DNA of 64,000 nt, from NCBI GenBank assembly GCA_964016885.1, contig OZ024759.1:12028001-12092000 (forward strand), read 5' to 3'. The translations under genes were made by a program, and so were the position numbers. The notes below the pieces were generated by a model. The model worked only from the letters and a program-made list of their open reading frames with translations, had not been told where the DNA came from and did not search any database. Shown piece by piece: positions 1 to 13,158 of the stretch; position 1 is the first letter of the stretch; each line of letters opens with the position of its first letter. The DNA comes from Eledone cirrhosa (taxonomy: Eukaryota).

Positions 1-139
1 ATATATGTATATATATATACACATATATATATACATATATATATGTATATATATATGTATATATATATATATATATATAGATAGACACATTTATATATAT
101 ATATATGTATATATATATATACATATATATATGTATATA

Positions 140-201
<62 letters not shown>

Positions 202-319
202 TATATATATATATGTATATATGTATATATATATATGTATATATATATATGTATATATATATATGTATATATATATGTATATATGTATATATATATGTAT
301 ATATATATATGTATATATG

Positions 320-355
<36 letters not shown>

Positions 356-525
356 CACACATATATATATATATATACATATATATATGTGTATATATAT
401 ATACACATATATATGTGTATATATATATATATATATACACATATATATATATATGTGTGTGTATATATATGTGTGTATATATATGTATATATATATATAA
501 GTATATATATATGTATACATATATA

Positions 526-577
<52 letters not shown>
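1..577. repeat. (TA)n microsatellite with TG/CA interruptions
   Basis: Seen directly; the YI-rich ORFs in the track are translations of this tract. Confidence 0.97.
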
Positions 578-581
<4 letters not shown>

Positions 582-851
582 AAAAAAGATGAAATCGAAA
601 ATGCAACTGGAGTCTTTCTTTTAAAAAATATATATTTATTTGGTTCCTTTACCGGTTTCCAGTACTTCTGCTTATCAAAAGGTGAGTTGAGATGGAGGGT
701 CTGTGGTTTTTCTCTGATGAGAGTGTACCAAAACTTTTGGTACACTCTCATCAGAGGAAAATCACAGACCCTGGAACCAAAGGAACCAAATAAATATATA
801 TTTAAAAAAAAAAAGACTCCAGTTGCATTTTCGATTTCATCTTTTTTCCTT
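578..851. mobile_element. Small fold-back (MITE-like or Penelope pLTR-derived) element inside a TA tract
   Basis: 578-650 is the reverse complement of 779-851, and 696-733 of 735-772 (axis at 734, gtaccaaaa-c-ttttggtac). An unpaired left insert lies at 651-695. TA repeats flank both sides. Confidence 0.7.
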
Positions 852-1146
852 ATATATATATATATATATGTGTGTATATATATATCATATATATATATAT
901 ATAGTAATAGTGTTATGTTATAGTAAAGTTTGCCATAGTCTTAGTCTTTCCTCTTGATAAGATTTATATTAATACTTCTGTGGTTGTATTTCTAATGCCA
1001 TACCACTATTTCAGCAATCTTGAGGGGTTTATTAAAGTCATTAATTAGTTAATTACTAAGATAGTAACATACAGTTGTTATATAAATAGAAGTATAAATA
1101 TATATATGGTGAGTAATAGTAAATCTTTTTCCAGTAACAAGTATAA

Positions 1147-2562
1147 ATATAGCTTGATATAAGATAAGTGTAATACAGTATAACAATATAACATAGCTAG
1201 ATATAAGATAAGTGTAATACAGTATAACAATATAACATAGTTTGATATAAGATAAGTGTAATACAGTATAACAATATAACATAGCTAGATATAAGATAAG
1301 TGTAATACAGTATAACAATATAAGATAGCTAGATAGAAGATAAGTATAATACAGTATAACAATATAACATAGCTAGATATAAGATAAGTGTAATACAGTA
1401 TAACAATATAACATAGTTTGATATAAGATAAGTGTAATACAGTATAACAATATAACATAGCTAGATATAAGATAAGTGTAATACAGTATAACAATATAAG
1501 ATAGCTAGATAGAAGATAAGTATAATACAGTATAACAATATAACATAGCTAGATATAAGATAAGTATAATACAGTATAACAATATAACATAGTTAGATAT
1601 AAGATAAGTGTAATACAGTATAACAATATAACATAGCTAGATATAAGATAAGTGTAATACAGTATAACAATATAACATAGCTAGATATAAGATAAGTGTA
1701 ATACAGTATAACAATATAAGATAAATATAATACAGTATAACAATATAACATAGCTTGATATAAGATAAGTATAATACAGTATAACAATATAGCATAGTTT
1801 GATATAAGATAAGTATAATACAGTATAACAATATAAGATAAATATAATACAGTATAACAATATAACATAGTTTGATATAAGATAAGTGTAATACAGTATA
1901 ACAATATAACATAGCTAGATATAAGATAAGTGTAATACAGTATAACAATATAACATAGCTAGATATAAGATAAGTGTAATACAGTATAACAATATAACAT
2001 AGTTTGATATAAGATAAGTATAATACAGTATAACAATATAACATAGTTTGATATAAGATAAGTATAATACAGTATAACAATATAACATAGCTAGATATAA
2101 GATAAGTTTAATACAGTATAACAATATAACATAGCTAGATATAAGATAAGTATAATACAGTATAACAATATAACATAGCTAGATATAAGATAAGTGTAAT
2201 ACAGTATAACAATATAACATAGCTAGATATAAGATAAGTGTAATACAGTATAACAATATAACATAGCTAGATATAAGATAAGTGTAATACAGTATAACAA
2301 TATAACATAGCTAGATATAAGATAAGTATAATACAGTATAACAATATAACATAGTTTGATATAAGATAAGTGTAATACAGTATAACAATATAACATAGCT
2401 AGATATAAGATAAGTATAATACAGTATAACAATATAACATAGCTAGATATAAGATAAGTGTAATACAGTATAACAATATAACATAGCTTGATATAAGATA
2501 ACAAGTGTAATACAGTATAACAATATAACATAGCTAGATATAAGATAACAAGTGTAATACAG
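1147..2562. repeat. 44-bp AT-rich tandem repeat (about 32 units)
   Basis: Unit atataagataagtgtaatacagtataacaatataacatagctag recurs at 1201, 1245 and onward, with a few shortened units near 1710 and 1830. Confidence 0.97.
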
Positions 2563-3378
2563 AGCTGAAATACAATGTAAATTATAATCAGTATTTAATC
2601 TTTCAAATATTTAATAATGTTTGAAAAATTAAATTCTCTTTTATTATTATTTATATTATTCTTATATAAAGTAATGTTGGAAGATTTTAATTTAAATAGG
2701 AACTCTTTAAAATTAGAGGCTTATTTAGTTTGATTGGACCAGAGTTGTCACCAGGCTGGTGTCAAAATAGTTAATGAAGAATTTAGAGAGAGATTTACTA
2801 AATTCATTAACTATTATTTAAGGGTCTTGTATAAAATAATATTGGAAGATATTTAAATAAGGAACTGTTTGGTGGTTTTGTTTCATAATATCATAGTCAG
2901 GCTGGTATCAAATAAGTTAATGAAGAATCTTGATTTACTAAATATTAATTTAACATAGGGTTTCTTATATAAAATTATGTTGGAAGATATGAATTTAAAA
3001 TGTGTGGTTGTTTCATAGAATCTGAACAGGTCTTAGCCAAGTTTGTATTAAAAGTATTAATAATAATGATAATAATAATTGTTTCTACTTTTGGCACAAG
3101 GCCAGCAATTAAATCAGTGCATTACTGGTACTTTATTTTATCGACCCCATATGATATGTTATTGTATAAAAGTGAGGCTTAGCTTCCTTCTTCATGAAAG
3201 TTTTATAATTATTTAATCTTCTCATTAAGTAACAAAATTATTTTAAATAGGTTAATTTTTATGTTAATTTATGTGACCTAGTTTTTGTTGAATATTGTGT
3301 TGTTTTTTTTTTGTTGTTTTTTTATTTTCAAAAAAGTATTTTTCATAAGGATATAAAAAAACAAGTAAAAGTTCTCGA

Positions 3379-3657
3379 TTAAGACAGAAATTGTTGTTCT
3401 TACTACATCTGTTAGACTGGACTGTTAAGACAGAAATTGTTGTTCTTACTTCATCTGTTAGACTGGACTGTTAAGACAGAAATTGCTGTTGTTACTTCAT
3501 CTGTTAGACTGGACTGTTAAGACAGAAATTGCTGTTCTTACTTCATCTGTTAGACTGGACTGTTAAGACAGAAATTGTTGTTCTTACTACATCTGTTAGA
3601 CTGGACTGTTAAGACAGAAATTGTTGTTCTTACTACATCTGTTAGACTGGACTGTTT
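3379..3657. repeat. 46-bp tandem repeat, 6 copies
   Basis: ttaagacagaaattgttgttcttactacatctgttagactggactg at 3379, 3425 and onward. Confidence 0.95.
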
Positions 3658-4380
3658 CAACTGCTGTAGTATCAAGTAAAAACAAAAAGTTTGGTTAAAG
3701 GTGTGTATTGAGATATTGATGCTAGACTGAGCAAGTGGGTGTTGCTAATGTGCCATGTCGGCCTTTTATTCTTGTATTTACCAATTGTCTTGTACAGTTT
3801 TCATCTTTATTATTTTCTTGTTCAATAAACAGTAAATTGTTTTGATAATTTATTAAAATTACAAAAGTTGTGTTTATTCCACTCACTACCCCCACCCCCA
3901 CCCCACCCACCCTTGTTGTCTCTACTCCAACCACTACCCCTCCCATCTGTTGTCTCTACTCCAACCACTACGCCTCCTCCCCCCTCCCTTTGTAAAATAT
4001 TGCCAATAGAAAAAAATAGAAAAACAATTCAGAATTCTTTCAGAAATGGGGGAGGGGTGTCGTTGCCCTTGTTGTTGGTGTTGTTGCTGTTGCTGCTGCT
4101 GTTGTTGTTGTTGATTTAGCTGGCCACTGTCTATGAGGTAGCATACCAAGGAATCTCAGTTCTCTTCTGTTGTTGTGGTTTATATCTGTGTGGATTTAGC
4201 TGGAAGGGCACCCAGCTGTAAAACATTGATCAAGAATTTGTGTCGAATGGCTGGCAGCTGCCCCCCCCTGCAAGCAGTCTCCCTTCTCTACATGGTGAAC
4301 CCAAAGAAAAGATGAAGACCAACACAGACTCCAGTGTTGGTGTCAGTGAAGTTAGATTACAAAGAGCCACAAGAAATATA

Positions 4381-4481
4381 GTTTCATTTCATTTCATTTC
4401 ATTTTTACGTCTGCTTTTTCCCTGCTTGCAAGGGTGGGACGGGAACTGATTCTGGCTTGATTTCTACAGCTGGATGCCCTT
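4381..4481 (-). mobile_element. SINE/RTE-type 3' tail fragment
   Basis: (CATTT)n tail plus gatttctacagctggatgccctt; near-duplicate of 4921-5021. Confidence 0.65.
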
Positions 4482-5209
4482 TGAAGTTTCTATATATATA
4501 AGGAGAGCTGGATGATCATCAACGAGGAAGAGAAGGGGTTCGAGTCAGATCCAGGAAACAGGGCCCTCAGCTATTTCCTCTTCCTATTCTCGGGCCCTGT
4601 TCCCTGGATCTGACTCGAACCCCTTCTCTTCCTCCCTGTGATCTCGTTGATGATCATCCAGCTCTCCTTACACCTAGACCTGTCAACCGCTCTCTCCACA
4701 CTTCTGATCTTCTTTATCAGAGCTGACGTGCTTCCTCTTCTTCTCTTTCCTCGGCACCAGGGTCTCACTTGCATTCGTGAAGTACCGGTACCTCCCCGTC
4801 ACACTCTCCTTAGTCCCTCCGATGTCTCTCTCCTCTGAGCACTGAACCTGTTCCTCACTTCTACTGTGAACCTCTCCTGTAGCTTATCATCTTCCTTGAA
4901 ACATATACATATGTCTGTATCATTTCATTTCATCATCATTTCATTTTACGTCCGCTTTTCCCTGCTTACAAGGGTGGGACAGGAACTGATTCTGGCTTGA
5001 TTTCTACAGCTGGATGCCCTTCCTAACACCAACCTCATTTACAGTGAGTGCTGGGTGCTTTTTTGCCGTGGCACCTCCACAACCACTTTACAGTGGAATG
5101 ATAGGGACCCCAGTCCCTATCATCTCATTTCTACAGCTGAGTAAACTGGAGCAATGTGAAATAAAGTGTCTTGCTCAAGGAAACAACACATCACCCGGTC
5201 TGAGGATTG
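4478..5209 (-). mobile_element. Composite repeat, copy 1: fold-back RTE-LINE fragment plus SINE
   Basis: Nearly identical to 20765-21496. The minus strand encodes FKEDDKLQERFTVEVRNRFSA and ESWMIINEITGRK, which resembles ESWKLINEITGRK of the LINE at 32463. 4499-4566 is an inverted copy of 4592-4670. Confidence 0.8.
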
Positions 5210-5268
5210 AACTCACAACCTTTCGATTGCAAGCCCAATGCTCTAACCACTAAGCCATGTGCCTCCAT
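4921..5268 (-). mobile_element. tRNA-headed SINE with RTE-like 3' tail
   Basis: The minus strand starts with an A box (tggcttagtgg) and B box (gagttcaatcc), then tccttgagcaagacact, aggaagggcatccagctgtagaaa and an (AAATG)n tail. Confidence 0.8.
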
Positions 5269-5287
5269 TATAGCCACCAAATATAGT

Positions 5288-5500
5288 TTCTAATTCAGGC
5301 AAAAGGCCAACAAATATGCCGGAAGAACAAAGTCAATAAAATCCAACTCAGTACATTACTGGTACTTCATTATATTGACCTTTGGAAGGATGAACGGCAA
5401 AGTTGACCTTGGCAGCATCTGAACTGAGAATGTAAATGGCAATAACAAATATTACAATAGTAATTTTATCGGACATTACTAATTCTGCCAATCCACCATC
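5288..5500 (-). mobile_element. Diverged tRNA-derived SINE (same family as 61801)
   Basis: tactggtactt...ggatgaacggcaaagttgaccttggcagcatctgaactgag matches the reverse complement of the SINE at 61801-61981. Confidence 0.65.
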
Positions 5501-5519
5501 TGAAGAGATATTATAGGGT

Positions 5520-5731
5520 GATGGAGTGGCAGTATCGGTAGAGGGCCGGACACCCTGCTTTGCAGCATAGAGTTACAGCCCTTTGCGGTCTGAGTTCAAA
5601 TACTGCTGAGGTTAACTTTACATTTCATCCTTACGGGGTCGATAAAATAAAGCACCAGTGATGCACTGGGGTCGATTTAATCGACTTCCCCCTCCCCCAA
5701 ACATTGCTGGCCTTGTTCCTGTAGTAGAAAT
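5520..5731 (+). mobile_element. tRNA-derived SINE (Octopus OK/OR-like family)
   Basis: tggcagtatcggtag A box, gagttcaaat B box, catccttacggggtcgataaaataaag body, gctggccttg...gtagaaa end. A further 3' fragment lies at 5826-5905. Confidence 0.8.
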
Positions 5732-6142
5732 CATTGTTGTTGCAGTTATGGTGGCAACTGTGGGGATGGTGGGAGAGTAGAAGAGGCTCTTTTAGTTGGT
5801 TTCTCTTGTGGTGGGTCAATAAAATATCCTTACGGGGGTCGATAAAATAAAGTACCAGTAATGCACTGGAGTATTTGCTGGCCTTGTGCCAAAAGTAGAA
5901 ACAATTATTGGATGTTCTGTTCAATGCTAACAATTCTATCAATCTACTGCCCTGAACTGGTATTTCATAATGTTACTAAAGTGTTCTTAAATCAGAGACT
6001 AGGCCTGAATACTTGCACTACAGAGAGAACTTTGCTAAAGGCACCCAGGCAGCACATTGTGATGTTCAATCAGACAGGAAGGATTTCTTAAATTGGAGAC
6101 CTGGCCTGAATATTTACAAGAGAGAGAAAGGAATCCACTGGA

Positions 6143-9100
6143 TGGGTGAAGCTGTGGTGTTGAACCTAGTCTACTTCTGGGGTGAAGCTGTGGTGTTGAA
6201 CCTAGTCTACTGGGGTGAAGCTGTGGTGTTGAACCTAGTCTACTTCTGGGGTGAAGCTGTGGTGTTGAACCATGTCTACTGGGGTGAAGCTGTGGTGTTG
6301 AACCTAGTCTACTGGGATGAAGCTGTGGTGTTGAACCTAGTCTACTGGGGTGAAGCTGTGGTGTTGAACCTAGTCTACTGGGGTGAAGCTGTGGTGTTGA
6401 ACCTAGTCTACTTCTGGGGTGAAGCTGTGGTGTTGAACCTAGTCTACTGGGATGAAGCTGTGGTGTTGAACCTAGTCTACTTCTGGGATGAAGCTGTGGT
6501 GTTGAACCTAGTCTACTGGGGTGACGCTGTGGTGTTGAACCTAGTCTACTGGGGTGAAGCTGTGGTGTTGAACCTAGTCTACTGGGATGAAGCTGTGGTG
6601 TTGAACCTAGTCTACTTCTGGGGTGAAGCTGTGGTGTTGAACCTAGTCTACTGGGGTGAAGCTGTGGTGTTGAACCTAGTCTACTTCTGGGGTGAAGCTG
6701 TGGTGTTGAACCTAGTCTACTGGGGTGAAGCTGTGGTGTTGAACCTAGTCTACTTCTTGGGTGAAGCTGTGGTGTTGAACCTAGTCTACTGGGGTGAAGC
6801 TGTGGTGTTGAACCTAGTCTACTGGGGTGAAGCTGTGGTGTTGAACCTAGTCTACTGGGGTGAAGCTGTGGTGTTGAACCTAGTCTACTGGGATGAAGCT
6901 GTGGTGTTGAACCTAGTCTACTTCTGGGGTGAAGCTGTGGTGTTGAACCTAGTCTACTGGGGTGAAGCTGTGGTGTTGAACCTAGTCTACTGGGGTGAAG
7001 CTGTGGTGTTGAATCTAGTCTACTGGGGTGAAGCTGTGGTGTTGAACCTAGTCTACTTCTGGGATGAAGCTGTGGTGTTGAACCTAGTCTACTGGGGTGA
7101 AGCTGTGGTGTTGAACCTAGTCTACTTCTGGGATGAAGCTGTGGTGTTGAACCTAGTCTACTGGGGTGAAGCTGTGGTGTTGAACCTAGTCTACTGGGGT
7201 GAAGCTGTGGTGTTGAACCTAGTCTACTGGGATGAAGCTGTGGTGTTGAACCTAGTCTACTGGGATGAAGCTGTGGTGTTGAACCTAGTCTACTGGGATG
7301 AAGCTGTGGTGTTGAACCTAGTCTACTGGGGTGAAGCTGTGGTGTTGAACCTAGTCTACTGGGATGAAGCTGTGGTGTTGAACCTAGTCTACTGGGGTGA
7401 AGCTGTGGTGTTGAACCTAGTCTACTGGGATGAAGCTGTGGTGTTGAACCTAGTCTACTTCTGGGGTGAAGCTGTGGTGTTGAACCTAGTCTACTGGGGT
7501 GAAGCTGTGGTGTTGAACCTAGTCTACTTCTGGGGTGAAGCTGTGGTGTTGAACCTAGTCTACTGGGGTGAAGCTGTGGTGTTGAACCTAGTCTACTGGG
7601 ATGAAGCTGTGGTGTTGAACCTAGTCTACTTCTGGGATGAAGCTGTGGTGTTGAACCTAGTCTCCTGGGGTGAAGCTGTGGTGTTGAACCTAGTCTACTG
7701 GGGTGAAGCTGTGGTGTTGAACCTAGTCTACTGGGATGAAGCTGTGGTGTTGAACCTAGTCTACTTCTGGGGTGAAGCTGTGGTGTTGAACCTAGTCTAC
7801 TGGGGTGAAGCTGTGGTGTTGAACCTAGTCTACTGGGGTGAAGCTGTGGTGTTGAATCTAGTCTACTGGGGTGAAGCTGTGGTGTTGAACCTAGTCTACT
7901 TCTGGGATGAAGCTGTGGTGTTGAACCTAGTCTACTGGGGTGAAGCTGTGGTGTTGAACCTAGTCTACTTCTGGGATGAAGCTGTGGTGTTGAACCTAGT
8001 CTACTGGGATGAAGCTGTGGTGTTGAACCTAGTCTACTGGGGTGAAGCTGTGGTGTTGAACCTAGTCTACTGGGATGAAGCTGTGGTGTTGAACCTAGTC
8101 TACTGGGGTGAAGCTGTGGTGTTGAACCTAGTCTACTGGGATGAAGCTGTGGTGTTGAACCTAGTCTACTTCTGGGGTGAAGCTGTGGTGTTGAACCTAG
8201 TCTACTGGGGTGAAGCTGTGGTGTTGAACCTAGTCTACTGGGGTGAAGCTGTGGTGTTGAACCTAGTCTACTGGGGTGAAGCTGTGGTGTTGAACCTAGT
8301 CTACTGGGGTGAAGCTGTGGTGTTGAACCTAGTCTACTTCTGGGGTGAAGCTGTGGTGTTGAACCTAGTCTACTGGGGTGAAGCTGTGGTGTTGAACCTA
8401 GTCTACTGGGGTGAAGCTGTGGTGTTGAACCTAGTCTACTGGGGTGAAGCTGTGGTGTTGAACCTAGTCTACTGGGATGAAGCTGTGGTGTTGAACCTAG
8501 TCTACTTCTGGGGTGAAGCTGTGGTGTTGAACCTAGTCTACTGGGGTGAAGCTGTGGTGTTGAACCTAGTCTACTGGGGTGAAGCTGTGGTGTTGAACCT
8601 AGTCTACTGGGGTGAAGCTGTGGTGTTGAACCTAGTCTACTGGGGTGAAGCTGTGGTGTTGAACCTAGTCTACTGGGGTGAAGCTGTGGTGTTGAACCTA
8701 GTCTACTGGGGTGAAGCTGTGGTGTTGAACCTAGTCTACTGGGGTGAAGCTGTGGTGTTGAACCTAGTCTACTGGGGTGAAGCTGTGGTGTTGAACCTAG
8801 TCTACTGGGATGAAGCTGTGGTGTTGAACCTAGTCTACTGGGGTGAAGCTGTGGTGTTGAACCTAGTCTACTGGGGTGAAGCTGTGGTGTTGAACCTAGT
8901 CTACTGGGATGAAGCTGTGGTGTTGAACCTAGTCTACTGGGATGAAGCTGTGGTGTTGAACCTAGTCTTCTGGGGTGAAGCTGTGGTGTTGAACCTAGTC
9001 TACTGGGATGAAGCTGTGGTGTTGAACCTAGTCTACTGGGATGAAGCTGTGGTGTTGAACCTAGTCTACTGGGATGAAGCTGTGGTGTTGAACCTAGTCT

Positions 9101-12100
9101 ACTTCTGGGATGAAGCTGTGGTGTTGAACCTAGTCTACTGGGATGAAGCTGTGGTGTTGAACCTAGTCTTCTGGGGTGAAGCTGTGGTGTTGAACCTAGT
9201 CTACTGGGATGAAGCTGTGGTGTTGAACCTAGTCTACTGGGATGAAGCTGTGGTGTTGAACCTAGTCTACTGGGATGAAGCTGTGGTGTTGAACCTAGTC
9301 TTCTGGGGTGAAGCTGTGGTGTTGAACCTAGTCTACTGGGGTGAAGCTGTGGTGTTGAACCTAGTCTACTGGGGTGAAGCTGTGGTGTTGAACCTAGTCT
9401 ACTGGGGTGAAGCTGTGGTGTTGAACCTAGTCTACTGGGGTGAAGCTGTGGTGTTGAACCTAGTCTACTGGGGTGAAGTTGTGGTGTTGAACCTAGTCTA
9501 CTGGGATGAAGCTGTGGTGTTGAACCTAGTCTACTTCTGGGATGAAGCTGTGGTGTTGAACCTAGTCTACTGGGGTGAAGCTGTGGTGTTGAACCTAGTC
9601 TACTGGGGTGAAGCTGTGGTGTTGAACCTAGTCTACTGGGGTGAAGCTGTGGTGTTGAACCTAGTCTACTGGGGTGAAGCTGTGGTGTTGAACCTAGTCT
9701 ACTGGGGTGAAGCTGTGGTGTTGAACCTAGTCTACTTCTGGGATGAAGCTGTGGTGTTGAACCTAGTCTACTGGGGTGAAGCTGTGGTGTTGAACCTAGT
9801 CTACTTCTGGGGTGAAGCTGTGGTGTTGAACCTAGTCTACTTCTGGGGTGAAGCTGTGGTGTTGAATCTAGTCTACTGGGGTGAAGCTGTGGTGTTGAAC
9901 CTAGTCTACTGGGGTGAAGCTGTGGTGTTGAACCTAGTCTACTGGGATGAAGCTGTGGTGTTGAACCTAGTCTACTGGGGTGAAGCTGTGGTGTTGAACC
10001 TAGTCTACTGGGGTGAAGCTGTGGTGTTGAACCTAGTCTACTGGGGTGAAGCTGTGGTGTTGAACCTAGTCTACTGGGGTGAAGCTGTGGTGTTGAACCT
10101 AGTCTACTGGGGTGAAGCTGTGGTGTTGAACCTAGTCTACTGGGATGAAGCTGTGGTGTTGAACCTAGTCTACTGGGGTGAAGCTGTGGTGTTGAACCTA
10201 GTCTACTGGGGTGAAGCTGTGGTGTTGAACCTAGTCTACTTCTGGGGTGAAGCTGTGGTGTTGAACCTAGTCTACTGGGGTGAAGCTGTGGTGTTGAACC
10301 TAGTCTACTGGGATGAAGCTGTGGTGTTGAACCTAGTCTACTGGGGTGAAGCTGTGGTGTTGAACCTAGTCTACTGGGGTGAAGCTGTGGTGTTGAACCT
10401 AGTCTACTTCTGGGGTGAAGCTGTGGTGTTGAACCTAGTCTACTGGGGTGAAGCTGTGGTGTTGAACCTAGTCTTCTGGGGTGAAGCTGTGGTGTTGAAC
10501 CTAGTCTACTGGGATGAAGCTGTGGTGTTGAACCTAGTCTACTGGGGTGAAGCTGTGGTGTTGAACCTAGTCTACTGGGGTGAAGCTGTGGTGTTGAACC
10601 TAGTCTACTGGGGTGAAGCTGTGGTGTTGAACCTAGTCTACTGGGGTGAAGCTGTGGTGTTGAACCTAGTCTACTGGGGTGAAGCTGTGGTGTTGAACCT
10701 AGTCTACTGGGGTGAAGCTGTGGTGTTGAACCTAGTCTACTGGGATGAAGCTGTGGTGTTGAACCTAGTCTACTGGGGTGAAGCTGTGGTGTTGAACCTA
10801 GTCTACTGGGGTGAAGCTGTGGTGTTGAACCTAGTCTACTGGGGTGAAGCTGTGGTGTTGAACCTAGTCTACTGGGGTGAAGCTGTGGTGTTGAACCTAG
10901 TCTACGGGGGTGAAGCTGTGGTGTTGAACCTAGTCTACTGGGGTGAAGCTGTGGTGTTGAACCTAGTCTACTGGGATGAAGCTGTGGTGTTGAACCTAGT
11001 CTACTTCTGGGGTGAAGCTGTGGTGTTGAACCTAGTCTACTGGGATGAAGCTGTGGTGTTGAACCTAGTCTACTGGGATGAAGCTGTGGTGTTGAACCTA
11101 GTCTACTGGGGTGAAGCTGTGGTGTTGAACCTAGTCTACTGGGGTGAAGCTGTGGTGTTGAACCTAGTCTACTGGGGTGAAGCTGTGGTGTTGAACCTAG
11201 TCTACTGGGGTGAAGCTGTGGTGTTGAACCTAGTCTACTGGGGTGAAGCTGTGGTGTTGAACCTAGTCTACTGGGGTGAAGCTGTGGTGTTGAACCTAGT
11301 CTACTGGGGTGAAGCTGTGGTGTTGAACCTAGTCTACTGGGGTGAAGCTGTGGTGTTGAACCTAGTCTACTGGGATGAAGCTGTGGTGTTGAACCTAGTC
11401 TACTGGGGTGAAGCTGTGGTGTTGAACCTAGTCTACTGGGGTGAAGCTGTGGTGTTGAACCTAGTCTACTGGGGTGAAGCTGTGGTGTTGAACCTAGTCT
11501 ACTGGGGTGAAGCTGTGGTGTTGAACCTAGTCTACTACTGGGATGAAGCTGTGGTGTTGAACCTAGTCTACTGGGATGAAGCTGTGGTGTTGAACCTAGT
11601 CTACTGGGGTGAAGCTGTGGTGTTGAACCTAGTCTACTGGGGTGAAGCTGTGGTGTTGAACCTAGTCTACTGGGGTGAAGCTGTGGTGTTGAACCTAGTC
11701 TACTTCTTGGGTGAAGCTGTGGTGTTGAACCTAGTCTACTGGGGTGAATCTGTGGTGTTGAACCTAGTCTACTGGGGTGAAGCTGTGGTGTTGAACCTAG
11801 TCTACTACTGGGATGAAGCTGTGGTGTTGAACCTAGTCTACTGGGATGAATCTGTGGTGTTGAACCTAGTCTACTGGGGTGAAGCTGTGGTGTTGAACCT
11901 AGTCTACTGGGGTGAAGCTGTGGTGTTGAACCTAGTCTACTGGGGTGAAGCTGTGGTGTTGAACCTAGTCTACTTCTTGGGTGAAGCTGTGGTGTTGAAC
12001 CTAGTCTACTGGGGTGAAGCTGTGGTGTTGAACCTAGTCTACTTCTGGGATGAAGCTGTGGTGTTGAACCTAGTCTACTGGGATGAAGCTGTGGTGTTGA

Positions 12101-13158
12101 ACCTAGTCTACTTCTGGGGTGAAGCTGTGGTGTTGAACCTAGTCTACTTCTGGGGTGAAGCTGTGGTGTTGAACCTAGTCTACTGGGGTGAAGCTGTGGT
12201 GTTGAACCTAGTCTACTGGGGTGAAGCTGTGGTGTTGAACCTAGTCTACTTCTGGGGTGAAGCTGTGGTGTTGAACCTAGTCTACTGGGCTGAAGCTGTG
12301 GTGTTGAACCTAGTCTACTTCTGGGGTGAAGCTGTGGTGTTGAACCTAGTCTACTGGGGTGAAGCTGTGGTGTTGAACCTAGTCTACTGGGGTGAAGCTG
12401 TGGTGTTGAACCTAGTCTACTTCTGGGGTGAAGCTGTGGTGTTGAACCTAGTCTACTGGGATGAAGCTGTGGTGTTGAACCTAGTCTACTTCTGGGATGA
12501 AGCTGTGGTGTTGAACCTAGTCTACTGGGATGAAGCTGTGGTGTTGAACCTAGTCTACTGGGATGAAGCTGTGGTGTTGAACCTAGTCTACTGGGGTGAA
12601 GCTGTGGTGTTGAACCTAGTCTACTGGGGTGAAGCTGTGGTGTTGAACCTAGTCTACTGGGGTGAAGCTGTGGTGTTGAACCTAGTCTACTTCTGGGGTG
12701 AAGCTGTGGTGTTGAACCTAGTCTACTGGGGTGAAGCTGTGGTGTTGAACCTAGTCTACTGGGGTGAAGCTGTGGTGTTGAACCTAGTCTACTTTTGGGA
12801 TGAAGCTGTGGTGTTGAACCTAGTCTACTGGGGTGAAGCTGTGGTGTTGAACCTAGTCTACTGGGGTGAAGCTGTGGTGTTGAACCTAATCTACTGGGAT
12901 GAAGCTGTGGTGTTGAACCTAGTCTACTGGGATGAAGCTGTGGTGTTGAACCTAGTCTACTGGGATGAAGCTGTGGTGTTGAATCTAGTCTACTGGGGTG
13001 AAGCTGTGGTGTTGAACCTAGTCTACTGGGATGAAGCTGTGGTGTTGAACCTAGTCTACTGGGATGAAGCTGTGGTGTTGAATCTAGTCTACTGGGGTGA
13101 AGCTGTGGTGTTGAACCTAGTCTACTGGGATGAAGCTGTGGTGTTGAATCTAGTCCAC
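6143..13158 (+). repeat. 33/36-bp minisatellite, about 210 units (7 kb)
   Basis: Unit tggggtgaagctgtggtgttgaacctagtctac with G/A and +TTC/+TAC variants; it produces the 2383-aa ORF. Confidence 0.98.

Noticed and set aside
3868-4149. Poly-Pro / poly-Gln ORFs
   Set aside because: Simple CCA- and TTG/CTG-rich low-complexity tracts without exon evidence.
6143-13158. CRISPR array (also considered for the 42-, 44- and 46-bp arrays)
   Set aside because: Units are contiguous with no unique spacers, there are no cas genes and the context is eukaryotic.
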